Positions 23,078 through 32,574 of a DNA stretch of 64,000 nt are shown piece by piece. Location of the stretch: the NCBI GenBank assembly GCA_963702895.1, contig OY969767.1:864001-928000 (forward strand), written 5' to 3'. The translations under genes were made by a program, and so were the position numbers. This stretch comes from an uncultured Elusimicrobia bacterium. GTDB lineage: Bacteria; Elusimicrobiota; Elusimicrobia; 2-01-FULL-59-12. Under the pieces are notes generated by a model. The model was given only the letters and a program-made list of their open reading frames with translations. It made no database searches and was not told the DNA's origin. Numbering within the stretch: the first letter of the stretch is position 1; each line of letters starts with the position of its first letter.

Positions 23078-24262
23078 TTGAACGACACCTTCGCTCCAGC
23101 CGCCGTACAGATCATCCCGGTTCATCAGCTAAAACCCAATCCCTGGAACCGGACTGTCTTTGACCCTGTCGCCATGGAGGAACTGGTCGCGAGCATCAAG
23201 GCGGAGGGGATCGAGGAACCCTTGATCGTTCGGCCTTCAGGGGAGGGTCGTTTTGAGATCGCCTCCGGCAACCGGCGGTGGCTCGCTGCCCAGAAAGCGG
23301 GACTCAAGGAGGTTCCCTGTATTGTCCGTGAGCTGCCGGACAAGGAAGTCGCGGAGATGAACATCACGGTGAACGTCCAGCGGGAAAACCTGCCGCCCCT
23401 GGAGCTTGCCCGGATGGTCAAAGCCTATATGGACCAGTTCAAAACCACCCAGCAGGAAGCGGCCACAGAGTTTGGAAAGTCGCAAGCGTGGGTATCGGGT
23501 CTTCTGGGATTCCTTAAAATGCCGGATCAGGTTCAGAAGAATATCAGGGCCCTGATAATTGGCTGGGACCCCCTTACAGCTCTGTCTAAGGCTCCTGCAG
23601 AGGTGCAACTGGAGGTGTCACGGGAGCTCAAGGAGAAGAAGCTCAAGCCCACCGATATCGAGAAAAGGTGTGCTTTCCTGTCCAAGGGGAAAGGGAACGG
23701 CAAGGTTCGGCTGGGGATTCAAGCGGGGCCGAAGGATCCGTTGGCCGGTCTCTGGGAAGAGGTATTGAGAAAAGACGACTTTGCCCCGGATGTGGCCTGG
23801 CATGTGGACTATAAACCGGAGGAGCTTCCGGCAGGCGCGCCCGGCCGCCATGCGAATCGAGACACCGCGGGAACGGAAGGCTGGTATTTCTTTGTGAAGC
23901 CTTTCTCGCCGGACCATGCCAGGGAGGACCTCGCGGTCTGGTTTGAGCAGATGGCCAAACACCTGAAGGGAAAGAAAACGGATTCCGTGATCCCGGAGCT
24001 TGCCAAGGAAGAGCTTGCTGTCCGAGACCAGGTGATGGGGTTGGCGGGCAAGCCCAGAATCCCAAGAACCCCAGAAGAGGAGAAAGAGTTGCTGGCGATC
24101 GCGCTGCGCGGCACTCCCAAAGACGTGTATGCCTGGATCTACGGCCCGGACAGTTTCATGACGAAGGTCGTGCCGTTTGCGACCTGGGAACAATCCGGAC
24201 AGACGCCGCAAGAAGGACTCAAGGCTATTCTGGCCGGCATCCGTCAATGTGATCCGCGGTGA
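23078..24262 (+). CDS. ParB/Spo0J-family protein with an extended C-terminus
   Basis: LVASIKAEGIEEPLIVRP, SGNRRWLAA, NVQRENL, HTH (QQEAATEFGKSQAWVS); AAGGAGG SD with TTG start. Confidence 0.85.
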   Translation: MNDTFAPAAVQIIPVHQLKPNPWNRTVFDPVAMEELVASIKAEGIEEPLIVRPSGEGRFEIASGNRRWLAAQKAGLKEVPCIVRELPDKEVAEMNITVNVQRENLPPLELARMVKAYMDQFKTTQQEAATEFGKSQAWVSGLLGFLKMPDQVQKNIRALIIGWDPLTALSKAPAEVQLEVSRELKEKKLKPTDIEKRCAFLSKGKGNGKVRLGIQAGPKDPLAGLWEEVLRKDDFAPDVAWHVDYKPEELPAGAPGRHANRDTAGTEGWYFFVKPFSPDHAREDLAVWFEQMAKHLKGKKTDSVIPELAKEELAVRDQVMGLAGKPRIPRTPEEEKELLAIALRGTPKDVYAWIYGPDSFMTKVVPFATWEQSGQTPQEGLKAILAGIRQCDPR

Positions 24263-24271
24263 GGAGCTAGC

Positions 24272-24931
24272 ATGACCCCGCTGCGAAGAATCAACAGGTT
24301 TGTTCTTCGTGCCACGTCTCTAGGCGTCCGAGTATGGGATTGGATTGCATCCGCGAGAGCTCTGCCCTCCGTGAAAAAGTGGTTGCGTTGGAGTCTTCTG
24401 TTGCCGGCCGTGTTTTCATTCGCGGCGCCCAGTCCGGACTATCGGTTGGAAAAGGGTCGTGTAGGAAGGTTGTCGAAAGGGATGTCCGTGGCAGAAGTGC
24501 ATCAAGTCTATCCGCTCTCGCAAACGACCGCCCTGGATCTTCAGTGGGAGGGCGAACCGACGCCTGTCTTAGAGATTTATACGGATCAGACAAAAAAGTT
24601 CTTCATCATGCGCCTGCACCTGGATCAGCCGGGTGGTGCGATCCAAAGCTTTTGGGTGATGGATTCAAGATTTAAAACGAAAGAGGGCCTTGGTCCTCGT
24701 TCTTCGGTCGGGGCTCTGCGCCGGGCGTATAAAGGCCTTAGCGTTTTGGCTACCGAATGGGAAATGCAGGAACAACTTCAAGTGGAAGTGCCGCCGCTTG
24801 GAATGCTTTTTGAACTCGATGCGGATACGGAACTCTATCGGCGCGTCAAAGCCATCGGAAATAAATCCTTGGACCAGAACCCGCCCCTTTTGCCGGATCA
24901 AACCGAGATCGTCGCGGTAAGAATCTATTAA
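24272..24931 (+). CDS. Hypothetical protein, possibly secreted (start may be downstream)
   Basis: 219-aa ORF with GAGGAG SD; hydrophobic stretch WSLLLPAVFSFAA. Confidence 0.6.
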   Translation: MTPLRRINRFVLRATSLGVRVWDWIASARALPSVKKWLRWSLLLPAVFSFAAPSPDYRLEKGRVGRLSKGMSVAEVHQVYPLSQTTALDLQWEGEPTPVLEIYTDQTKKFFIMRLHLDQPGGAIQSFWVMDSRFKTKEGLGPRSSVGALRRAYKGLSVLATEWEMQEQLQVEVPPLGMLFELDADTELYRRVKAIGNKSLDQNPPLLPDQTEIVAVRIY

Positions 24932-24979
24932 CGTACATCTTGGGGTCAGGCCCTGAGACTGTCCCTGGGGCGGAGGTTT

Positions 24980-25984
24980 TCAGATTTCGTCCAGGAGTTG
25001 GGCGATTCGGGACGGGTCGGGCATTTTCCCTTCCAGGGAGGCGGGCAGCCGCGTGACAATACGGTAGGCCGCCACGCCGATGGCTTTGTGTGACTCCTTG
25101 AGAGCGAATTCGACAATCGTTTTGTTCTTCGTCTTGCAGAGGATGATTCCTATCGGCGGGTTTTCACCCTCGAGCCGCATCCGCTCGTCCAGCACCGCCA
25201 GGTAGAACTGCATCTTCCCCACATGTTCCGGCACAAATTTTCCCACCTTCAATTCCATCGCAACGAGCGTTCTGAGCGAGCGGTGATAGAGCAATAGATC
25301 GAGAAAGAACTCCTCTCCTTCGACTTCAAGCCGCACCTGCCTCCCGACAAACGCGAACATACCGCCCATTTCCCGGAGGAACTTTTCCACCTTCCGGAGA
25401 ATGGCTTCCTCCAGCTCTTTTTCGCTGTGCTCCTCGCCCAGCTCAAGGAAATCGAAGAGGTAGTCGTCCTTGACGGCGAGCTTGGCTTTGTTTTTTACCT
25501 TTTCCGGAAGCGCTTTATCGAAATTCGTCTGGCTGAGAAGGGTTTTCTCATAGGATTTATTTTCGATCTGATGCGTTAGGACGTTTTTGGACCAGCCGTA
25601 TTTCCGAGCCGACCGGACATAAAACTCACGCTCCTGGATGTCGCTGCAACGAGTCAGGATAATCAGATTGTGCGTCCACGCGATTTCTGCAACCAGTGGT
25701 TGCAGTTTTGCGTTGCCGGAGTAGGTAGTGTAAAACTCTCTCATGTACCATATGTTCCGAGCGGAGAATCCTTGTGTCCCGGGAAATTCTTCTCTTAAGT
25801 CAGCCGCCAGGCGCTCCACGACTGACTTTCCCCAGGAATGCTCTCTTTGCCTACAAGCAATTATCCGCCCGATATCCCAATAGAGTCCGACGAGTTCCCG
25901 GTTCACCGCCCGGAGGGCCGCGTACTGCGCCGACCGGATGCGTTCTTTGATTTCGCCCAGCAATTGACCGTAAGGAATAGCCAT
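24980..25984 (-). CDS. YhcG/DUF1016 PDDEXK nuclease-family protein
   Basis: LYWDIG, GFSARN, KDDYLFDFL, DLLLYHR..ELK, GKMQFY, PPIGIILC; AGGAGG SD. Confidence 0.92.
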   Translation of the reverse strand: MAIPYGQLLGEIKERIRSAQYAALRAVNRELVGLYWDIGRIIACRQREHSWGKSVVERLAADLREEFPGTQGFSARNIWYMREFYTTYSGNAKLQPLVAEIAWTHNLIILTRCSDIQEREFYVRSARKYGWSKNVLTHQIENKSYEKTLLSQTNFDKALPEKVKNKAKLAVKDDYLFDFLELGEEHSEKELEEAILRKVEKFLREMGGMFAFVGRQVRLEVEGEEFFLDLLLYHRSLRTLVAMELKVGKFVPEHVGKMQFYLAVLDERMRLEGENPPIGIILCKTKNKTIVEFALKESHKAIGVAAYRIVTRLPASLEGKMPDPSRIAQLLDEI

Positions 25985-25990
25985 CCATAT

Positions 25991-26063
25991 CCTCCTATCC
26001 GTTAGATGCGAAAAGGCTGAGAATATTCATTCCTCAGACGGAGACGGCGGAATGGACGGACGG
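25991..26063. repeat. Duplicated ~73-bp leader, copy 1
   Basis: CCTCCTATCC.TTAGATG...AATATTCATTCCTCAGA.GGA.ACGGCGGAATGGACGGACGG also at 27110-27182. Confidence 0.8.
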
Positions 26064-26130
26064 GGGGGGCGGACGCGGAGACGCCCCGCCACTACGACTT
26101 GGCGGGTCCGCCAACGCCTCAGTGGCGGAG

Positions 26131-26212
26131 GGGACGCGGGGACGGGGCGAAACGGCGAGTCGCCGAAGCGGCGGATCGGCGAACAGGCGGATCGCCGTGT
26201 CGGCGACAGGGC
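26131..26212. repeat. Degenerate 8-mer tandem array (GAAACGGC/GGATCGGC-like)
   Basis: 8-nt periodicity is visible. Confidence 0.6.
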
Positions 26213-26219
26213 AAGGAAT

Positions 26220-26519
26220 TTAGTTTGAGTTAAAGTTGAACAGTTCGCGGACGATGGCGACGCTGATTTTGGCGGCGCTTGAGTTGCGGAGTACGCTGGA
26301 TACCAACAGGATCCCGTTTTCGGTGAAGTAGTACGGGTTGTGCTCTTCCAGCATGAATTCAGGGGAGGGGAGCCGCGCGATATGGCGCTTGATGGCACCT
26401 CTCAGTCGCCCCAGCGAAACTCCGTAGAGCTCCGCCACATCCTTATCGAGCGCAACTTCTTGCCCGCTTACAAAGTGACTCCGTTGCCTCAGCCGATCGA
26501 GTAACACGTGCGGGTTCAT
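26220..26519 (-). CDS. ORF6N (KilA-N-like) DNA-binding domain protein
   Basis: VALDKDVAELYGV...KRHIARLP..FML...PYYFTENGILLVSSVL. Confidence 0.8.
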   Translation of the reverse strand: MNPHVLLDRLRQRSHFVSGQEVALDKDVAELYGVSLGRLRGAIKRHIARLPSPEFMLEEHNPYYFTENGILLVSSVLRNSSAAKISVAIVRELFNFNSN

Positions 26520-26521
26520 GG

Positions 26522-26776
26522 TCAGGCGGCGTGGTGGTGAAGAATTTCGGAGATGAAGGTCTGATAGGGAATACCGAAACTCTTTGCTTTTGCTTTGAGG
26601 TTGTTGAGATCGCCTTTATTAATCCGGATATTGAGCACGGCATCTTTTTTCCGCTTTGAAATATGCTCGGCAATGGCCCTGGCCATTTCTTCGAACATCC
26701 CCCGGCTGACAGGAACGAATGCTGAAGCGGCCCTCTCAATCTCTCTTTCTTCCTTGGTAAGCTTCATCCGTTTCAT
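26522..26776 (-). CDS. CopG/BrnA-like antitoxin
   Basis: KKDAVLNIRI...LKAKAKSFGIPYQTFISEILH; ATGA overlap with the upstream toxin stop. Confidence 0.85.
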   Translation of the reverse strand: MKRMKLTKEEREIERAASAFVPVSRGMFEEMARAIAEHISKRKKDAVLNIRINKGDLNNLKAKAKSFGIPYQTFISEILHHHAA

Positions 26777-27036
26777 AGGAGGAGTCCCTTTCTGCGGTAG
26801 ATGGCTGTAAACTTGCGGCTTCTGTAAGCCGTCTTCAAAAACCATTCGGCTTCGGTCTCTACATACGGCACGGCCCACAGATAATGCTCATACGCGAACA
26901 GCAAAAGTCTCTGATGGGGCCGGCTTGGATGTTGGAGCAGATCGACCATAGGAGCGAGGGTCAGCTCCTCAAAGGACACCCCTCTTTCCCGCTTCAGCCA
27001 GTCGTTTTTGTCCGCGCTCCACCGCAGCGGCTTCAT
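26773..27036 (-). CDS. BrnT-like toxin
   Basis: WSADKNDWLKRERGVSFEE, VPYVE, FLKTAYRSRK. Confidence 0.85.
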   Translation of the reverse strand: MKPLRWSADKNDWLKRERGVSFEELTLAPMVDLLQHPSRPHQRLLLFAYEHYLWAVPYVETEAEWFLKTAYRSRKFTAIYRRKGLLL

Positions 27037-27050
27037 CGACGGGCCTGATC

Positions 27051-27079
27051 AGTATACTGTAGGACAAGTGTATACACAA
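27051..27079 (-). promoter_or_regulatory. Sigma70 promoter of the TA operon with overlapping GTGTATACAC palindrome
   Basis: TTGTGT-17 nt-TATACT on the minus strand, 14 nt before the toxin ATG. Confidence 0.6.
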
Positions 27080-27109
27080 GTGAATAGAAACTGCGGTTCA
27101 TCGCCTTTG

Positions 27110-27182
27110 CCTCCTATCCCTTAGATGGGAAACTGCTGGAAATATTCATTCCTCAGAGGGATACGGCGGAATGGACGGACGG
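27110..27182. repeat. Duplicated ~73-bp leader, copy 2
   Basis: Matches 25991-26063. Confidence 0.8.
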
Positions 27183-27499
27183 CGGATCACAGGAACCAAG
27201 CGGCGGATCTTTGGGACCGTGAGGCGGAGCTTTGGGACCATGGGGCGGAGACGACGTCAGGCGGAGACCCGCCACTACGGCATGGCGGGCAGGCGCGGCG
27301 AACAGCAGCGGTGTCTGACCCAAAGCTGCACTTCCATGCCTTGGGATCATCCACCCGCAGAAGCGTCCGGTACTGCGTTCAGCTCAATTCGTGACGCAGT
27401 GTGTCACACTTTGGGAAGGCCTGATGTAATGAGGTGCCTTCATGAGGTGCCTATCACAAGGCGCGAACCTGATGCGCCTTTGTGAGAGGCACGGTCAGG

Positions 27500-27778
27500 T
27501 CAAAACCCCGGATGATACAAGCGATAACCAGGATTGGTGGCCAGAAGATAGACGCTTGCGGCCATGAAGAAGAAGACGAAAGTCAGAAACAGCGCGACAC
27601 TCAACACATCACCGCCTCCACGCCCGAGTCGTTTCTTTAATATCGCGTAGATCAATCCCAAAATGAGCGCAACGATGAGGGTGCTCATCATGGTGTGATG
27701 TTGAAAGAGTCTCCCGAGCCATGCGAGCGCATCGCCCGGCAAATAATGAGGGTGAAGGATGACCTTTCGCTCCATCAT
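27500..27778 (-). CDS. Small hypothetical membrane protein
   Basis: 92 aa with two hydrophobic helices. Confidence 0.55.
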   Translation of the reverse strand: MMERKVILHPHYLPGDALAWLGRLFQHHTMMSTLIVALILGLIYAILKKRLGRGGGDVLSVALFLTFVFFFMAASVYLLATNPGYRLYHPGF

Positions 27779-27954
27779 TCAATGTCTATTGTGACATTTA
27801 TGTCGAGACCGCAGACCACTGGTTTGTGTCAATGAATCGATGAGAGACGATGAGTCTCTGTCATAGGGGAAGAGCGTGGGGTATCGGTTGTGCCGGAGCG
27901 ATGATGCGCCGTTGTGACAGGCACGGACAGGCCATTCCATTGTGTCCAGATTAG

Positions 27955-28115
27955 CCGGGAAACTGCAGTTGCTGTCACCCCGGCACGTCGTAAGCCGGGG
28001 TCTATCACCGTCGACAAAAAACTCATGGATCCCCCACTTACAACCGTGGGGGATGACGGCACTAAAAAGTCCCGACGTCTCAGTCGATAAAGAACGTTCA
28101 ACAGAACTTCTCCGG
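27955..28115 (+). mobile_element. MITE-like element copy C
   Basis: TTAG at 27951-27954 and 28116-28119; ends CCGGGAAACTGCAGTT...AACAGAACTTCTCCGG. Confidence 0.78.
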
Positions 28116-28155
28116 TTAGTATCTAACACCAATCGACTTTTATCATAATGCCGTT

Positions 28156-28767
28156 ATGAAGCAATTGCTCCGTTTCATTCTCATCGGCATCCTGACCATG
28201 TTTGCGATGGAGTTTCAGATCAACGTCCTGGGACATGGCAGGCTTGATCATTTTGCAATGGCTGTTGGGTTCTATGTTTTCTTGCTCACTTTATTCTTTT
28301 TCATTGGACAATCACTTGACCGGAAAATCTCTCCGAAACATGTTGACGTCATCTATTCCTTGATTGGTGGGTTGTTCGGCCTGCTCGTGGTCGAGTGGCT
28401 CTTTATGAGAAATTACCCTGGCTCAGGCAAGGGCGCCATCCAGACCGCGATGTTCGCCCTGTGGGCAGCGGTCTTCACGCTGCCTCGGTTGTTTGCGATC
28501 AAGAGCGATTCAGAAATCCGGCCTCTCCGGATGCGGACGCTCGCCACGGTGCTCGTCTACTCCGTCCTTGCAACTGCCGCCGTGTTCATCACGCCACAGG
28601 CTTTGAAGCTTCCCGTGCAAGCCATCCTGATGTCGGCCTACGGCCTGATCCTGAATTTCATGCTGGTGCCGTTCCTTTGCAGGAATGGATTTTCCAAAAA
28701 CAGACTCTACGCCTTCGTTTCAATTCTTGCGTTCGCTGGAGCGGCGAACGTCCTATTCTTTTGGTGA
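28156..28767 (+). CDS. Hypothetical polytopic membrane protein
   Basis: 203 aa with about 7 hydrophobic segments. Confidence 0.7.
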   Translation: MKQLLRFILIGILTMFAMEFQINVLGHGRLDHFAMAVGFYVFLLTLFFFIGQSLDRKISPKHVDVIYSLIGGLFGLLVVEWLFMRNYPGSGKGAIQTAMFALWAAVFTLPRLFAIKSDSEIRPLRMRTLATVLVYSVLATAAVFITPQALKLPVQAILMSAYGLILNFMLVPFLCRNGFSKNRLYAFVSILAFAGAANVLFFW

Positions 28768-28982
28768 CTCTCGCGGACCCTCCCCGGCGAAAGTGCCTGG
28801 CACTTTCGGGCGAAAGGTTCGTCCAGGCAGCAAAGTTCTCACGCCATCGTGGGCCGATGAATTGATCGATGGGCTTCGGGCTGTCTATGGGAAACGTTCG
28901 GTCTTGAAGCCGTCCTCCAACCCAGCCGCCATAGGATCGCTTGAAATTCTAGGCTGAGCCGGCGGTCCTGCCATGGATCACG

Positions 28983-29444
28983 TCAGTTAGGGTGATCTGT
29001 TCGACTGGCGATCGGTTCTTTGTGCCAGGCCATCACTTTGTCTTTCGCATGAGGAGCTTGCGCGGCTTGCGGGGGGGTAGCGCTCTGAACATGAGAGGGA
29101 CTCGAACGTAACAAGACCCACGAGGCCGCACCGGCCGCCAACACAAAGGCGGGCGCCCACCAGCGACGAAAGACCGATGTTTTAAACGGCGACGTCCCTG
29201 CCCACCAACTTCTCCAATCGACTTTTCTGCGGAAGGTTTCCGATTCAATGCGAGCCCGGAGCTCTGCGGGCATGCCCGGCATCGGGCAAGACCGCATTTC
29301 TTTCTTCAAGGAGATGAGGTCCTCGAGTTCCTCCTGGCAAGAAGCGCAGGTTTGCAAGTGAAGGGCGACCCGGTCTTTTTCCCAAACAAGCAGCTGCCTG
29401 TCGAGATACGCCGAAAGGGCTTTTTGTGTGGTTGCACAGTTCAT
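28983..29444 (-). CDS. Zinc-finger (zf-HC2) anti-sigma factor
   Basis: MNC...LSAYLD...HLQTCASC then a TM helix; ATGA overlap with the ECF sigma gene. Confidence 0.88.
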   Translation of the reverse strand: MNCATTQKALSAYLDRQLLVWEKDRVALHLQTCASCQEELEDLISLKKEMRSCPMPGMPAELRARIESETFRRKVDWRSWWAGTSPFKTSVFRRWWAPAFVLAAGAASWVLLRSSPSHVQSATPPQAAQAPHAKDKVMAWHKEPIASRTDHPN

Positions 29445-29983
29445 GCGATGGCCTCCTCTCGCGCCGCCGGCTGAAGCCATTCGCGAAGTCTCTGCCGGCC
29501 GCGGTGGATGCGCGACCGGACGGTGCCGATCGGACAATCCAGGACGCGCGCGATGTCTTCATAGCGCAAGCCCTCGATGTCGCAAAGCATCACCGGCGTC
29601 CGGAACTCCTCATCGAGCTGCGCCAGCGCCGCGCGGACTTGGGACTGTCTGTCCTTCTGCTCCAGAAGTTCGAGTGGCGTGCTCCCCCGGTCCGGGATCC
29701 TGTCTTCCAGGGCGAATTCAAAACCACCTGTGTCCTGGAGCGAAAAGGCCGGGCGGCGCTGCCGGTACCGGGCCGCGTCAATATAGAGGTTGCGCATGAC
29801 CTTGTACATCCAGCCCTTCATGGAGACGGGCCTGGGCTCGTCCCAGCGACGCCAGACCTTCAGGAACAGCTCTTGGACGAGGTCTCCCGCCTCGGCGTCA
29901 CGGCCGCCGGTGAGCTGCAGGGCCATGCGATACGCCATGTCCCCATAGGCTTTCATCACGTGCGCAAATTCGTCGTATTTCAT
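29441..29983 (-). CDS. ECF sigma factor (sigma70 group 4)
   Basis: DLVQELFLKVW, GWMYKVMRN, YEDIARVLDCPIGTVRSRIHRGR. Confidence 0.92.
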   Translation of the reverse strand: MKYDEFAHVMKAYGDMAYRMALQLTGGRDAEAGDLVQELFLKVWRRWDEPRPVSMKGWMYKVMRNLYIDAARYRQRRPAFSLQDTGGFEFALEDRIPDRGSTPLELLEQKDRQSQVRAALAQLDEEFRTPVMLCDIEGLRYEDIARVLDCPIGTVRSRIHRGRQRLREWLQPAAREEAIA

Positions 29984-29993
29984 CGCTATCCCA

Positions 29994-30021
29994 TAGACGT
30001 GCCGGGAGGCCATTTCGTTCC
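29994..30021 (-). promoter_or_regulatory. ECF-type promoter GGAAC-N17-CGTCTA
   Basis: Motif lies 10 nt upstream of ATG 29983 of the ECF sigma gene. Confidence 0.55.
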
Positions 30022-30076
30022 CAAGCTTTGCTAAAATGACTCGTCATCGAAGGAAATCCTTCTTCTGCGAGGCTCT

Positions 30077-31654
30077 ATGACCAGTCCCATGCCGAAGCGC
30101 GTTCTGATCAGTGTGACCGACAAAGTCGGTATTGTGGATTTTGCCCACGAGCTTTCGACGCTCGGTTTTGAAATCATTTCGACGGGGGGGACCGCCAAAG
30201 CCCTGCGCCAGGCGGAAATCAAAGTCCGGGAGGTCTCCGACCTCACCGGGTACCCTGAAATCCTCGATGGCCGCGTGAAGACCCTGCACCCCAAAGTCTT
30301 CGGGGCGCTGCTCGCCATCCGGGACAATGAGCGCCACCAGAAAGAGATGGCGGACCATGACATCGAGCCCATCGATCTGGTGGTGGTCAACCTCTACCCC
30401 TTTGAGCAGGTGGTCACCCAGGAGCGCTTGAGCGAAAAAGATCTGATCGAATATATCGATATCGGGGGCGTCACGCTACTACGCGCGGCGGGAAAAAACT
30501 TTCATGATGTCGCCATCGTCTGCGACCCGCAAGACTATGCCTCCGTCGTCGAAGAACTCCAATCACACAAGCGTTTAACGCTCGACACGAAACGCCGCCT
30601 GGCGGGCAAGGCGTTCGCGCATACCGCCCGCTACGACGCGGTGATCGCCTCCTACTTCCGGGAAAGAAGTAAAGAGAAGGACTTGTTCCCGCAAGAGATG
30701 ACCATCGGACTCAAGAAAGTCCAAGCCCTGCGCTACGGTGAAAATCCCCATCAAAAGGCGGCGCTCTATAAAGAAACGGGTGCCCGGTCTGTGGAGTGGG
30801 GGATCGTGACGGCCAAACAGCTTCAGGGCAAGGAACTGTCCTTTAACAATTACCTCGATCTTGAATCGTCATGGAACCTCGTGAGCGAATTCCGGCAGAC
30901 GGCGGTCGTGATTGTCAAACACAACACGCCTTCCGGCGTGGCTCTCAACGACAAGCTCGCCGACGCTTACAAAGCGGCGCTCGCCTGTGACCCGACCAGT
31001 GCGTTTGGCGGGATTGTCGCACTGAACAAGGAAGTGGACGGCGCAACCGCCGAAGAGATGTCCAAGATCTTTCTGGAATGCGTGATTGCGCCGGGCTTCA
31101 GCGCCGAGGCTCTTGAGATCTTCAAGAAAAAGGAAAATCTCCGGCTGCTTCATCTTCCCTCCGTGATCACCGCGGCCGCCCGAGAATTTGATGTGAAACG
31201 GGTCTCGGGTGGGCTTCTCGTGCAAGAGAAAGATATCGCGCAGCCGAGCGACTACAAGGTCGTGAGCAAGCGTGCGCCGACCCCTGAAGAAATGACCTCG
31301 CTGAAGTTCGCTTGGCCTGTCGCCAAACACGTGAAGTCAAACGCCATCGTGCTCGCGCGCGCTGTCCAGACGGTCGGGCTGGGCGCCGGCCAAATGTCGC
31401 GCATCGACTCCCTGAAACTCGCCTGGATGAAGCTCAATCAACAGCAGCCGCTCATCTTAGGCAACCAGAAGCCGCTCGTGATGGCCTCGGACGCCTTCTT
31501 CCCGTTTCGCGACTGTGTGGATGAGGCGGCCAAAATCGGCATCTCCGCGATCATTCACCCCGGCGGTTCCATCCGTGACGAAGACTCCATTCGCGCGGCC
31601 AACGAACACGGCATGGCCATGGTGCTCACTGGACTTCGGCACTTTCGGCACTAA
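30077..31654 (+). CDS. purH: Bifunctional AICAR transformylase/IMP cyclohydrolase
   Basis: [34 protein letters not shown]. Confidence 0.97.
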   Translation: MTSPMPKRVLISVTDKVGIVDFAHELSTLGFEIISTGGTAKALRQAEIKVREVSDLTGYPEILDGRVKTLHPKVFGALLAIRDNERHQKEMADHDIEPIDLVVVNLYPFEQVVTQERLSEKDLIEYIDIGGVTLLRAAGKNFHDVAIVCDPQDYASVVEELQSHKRLTLDTKRRLAGKAFAHTARYDAVIASYFRERSKEKDLFPQEMTIGLKKVQALRYGENPHQKAALYKETGARSVEWGIVTAKQLQGKELSFNNYLDLESSWNLVSEFRQTAVVIVKHNTPSGVALNDKLADAYKAALACDPTSAFGGIVALNKEVDGATAEEMSKIFLECVIAPGFSAEALEIFKKKENLRLLHLPSVITAAAREFDVKRVSGGLLVQEKDIAQPSDYKVVSKRAPTPEEMTSLKFAWPVAKHVKSNAIVLARAVQTVGLGAGQMSRIDSLKLAWMKLNQQQPLILGNQKPLVMASDAFFPFRDCVDEAAKIGISAIIHPGGSIRDEDSIRAANEHGMAMVLTGLRHFRH

Positions 31655-31755
31655 GATTTTAGATTTTGGATTTTGGATTTTCGATTCGGCACTGCGGTAT
31701 CGCAAGGACGGTCCGAAATCAAGAATCCAAAATCCAAAATCCAAAATCCAAAATG
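31654..31755. repeat. Inverted heptamer arrays (RGATTTT)n ... (AAAATCC)n
   Basis: About 4-5 units on each side of a ~30-nt core; touches the purH stop and the tyrA start. Confidence 0.85.
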
Positions 31756-32574
31756 AAAACCACAGTTGCCATCATTGGCGTCGGGCTCTTGGGCGGGTCA
31801 CTCGGCCAGGCCCTCCGTAAAACCGGTCGCTACAAAGTTCTGGGTATTGCGCGAAAAGCGTCCACCTTGCGCAAAGCCAAGCGCTTCGGAGCGCTCGATA
31901 CGGGCTCGCGAAACCTCGCTGACGTTTCCCAGGCGGACCTGGTCGTGGTCTGTACGCCCGTCGACGTGATCGTTCCCACCATTCGACGGATACGTCCCTA
32001 TCTCAAGCCCACCGCCGTGGTGACCGATGTCGGCAGCGTCAAAGGGGTCATTCACCGGCAGGTGCGAGGTGTGAGGTTTGTCGGGTCGCACCCGCTGGCG
32101 GGCTCTCACAAAACCGGTGTTGCCTTCGCGAAGCCCGACCTGTTTCGCGGCGCGACCTGCGTGATGGTGGCTCAAGACCGTTCGGTGATGGCGCCCATAC
32201 GAAAGATGTGGCAAGACGCTGGGGCCCGGGTGGTGGAGATGACGTCCGAGGATCACGATGCTTGTGTCGCCCTGACCAGCCACCTCCCTCATTTGATCGC
32301 CTACGCCCTCGTGCAGGCCGCGAGGAAGTCGCCGAACCAAAAAAGAGTCACCGCGCTCGTGGCCGGGTCGTTTCGCGATGTTACCCGGGTCGCTTCTTCG
32401 GACCCGGAACAATGGAGTCAGATCTTTCAGGCGAATCGGCCGCACCTCCGAGTGGCCGCGCGCCAATTTCAGAAAGAATTTGCGCGCCTCGTCTGGGCCC
32501 TGCGCCGTCCTTCCCTTCGATCGGTCTTAAAAGGTTCGCAGGCCTACAGGTCTCGCCTTTTCAATGAAATCTAA
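31753..32574 (+). CDS. tyrA: Prephenate/arogenate dehydrogenase
   Basis: GVGLLGGS, TDVGSVK, HPLAGS, SHLPH, GSFRDVTRVA. Confidence 0.9.
   Translation: MKTTVAIIGVGLLGGSLGQALRKTGRYKVLGIARKASTLRKAKRFGALDTGSRNLADVSQADLVVVCTPVDVIVPTIRRIRPYLKPTAVVTDVGSVKGVIHRQVRGVRFVGSHPLAGSHKTGVAFAKPDLFRGATCVMVAQDRSVMAPIRKMWQDAGARVVEMTSEDHDACVALTSHLPHLIAYALVQAARKSPNQKRVTALVAGSFRDVTRVASSDPEQWSQIFQANRPHLRVAARQFQKEFARLVWALRRPSLRSVLKGSQAYRSRLFNEI

Noticed and set aside
27779..28148. ORFs 27779-28132, 27829-28101, 27942-28148 and 8674-9155
   Set aside because: They run through MITE copies or antisense to a better gene and show no protein signal.
20300..28900. Prophage or ICE
   Set aside because: No integrase, relaxase, transposase or virion genes; the region is only a patchwork of small accessory genes.
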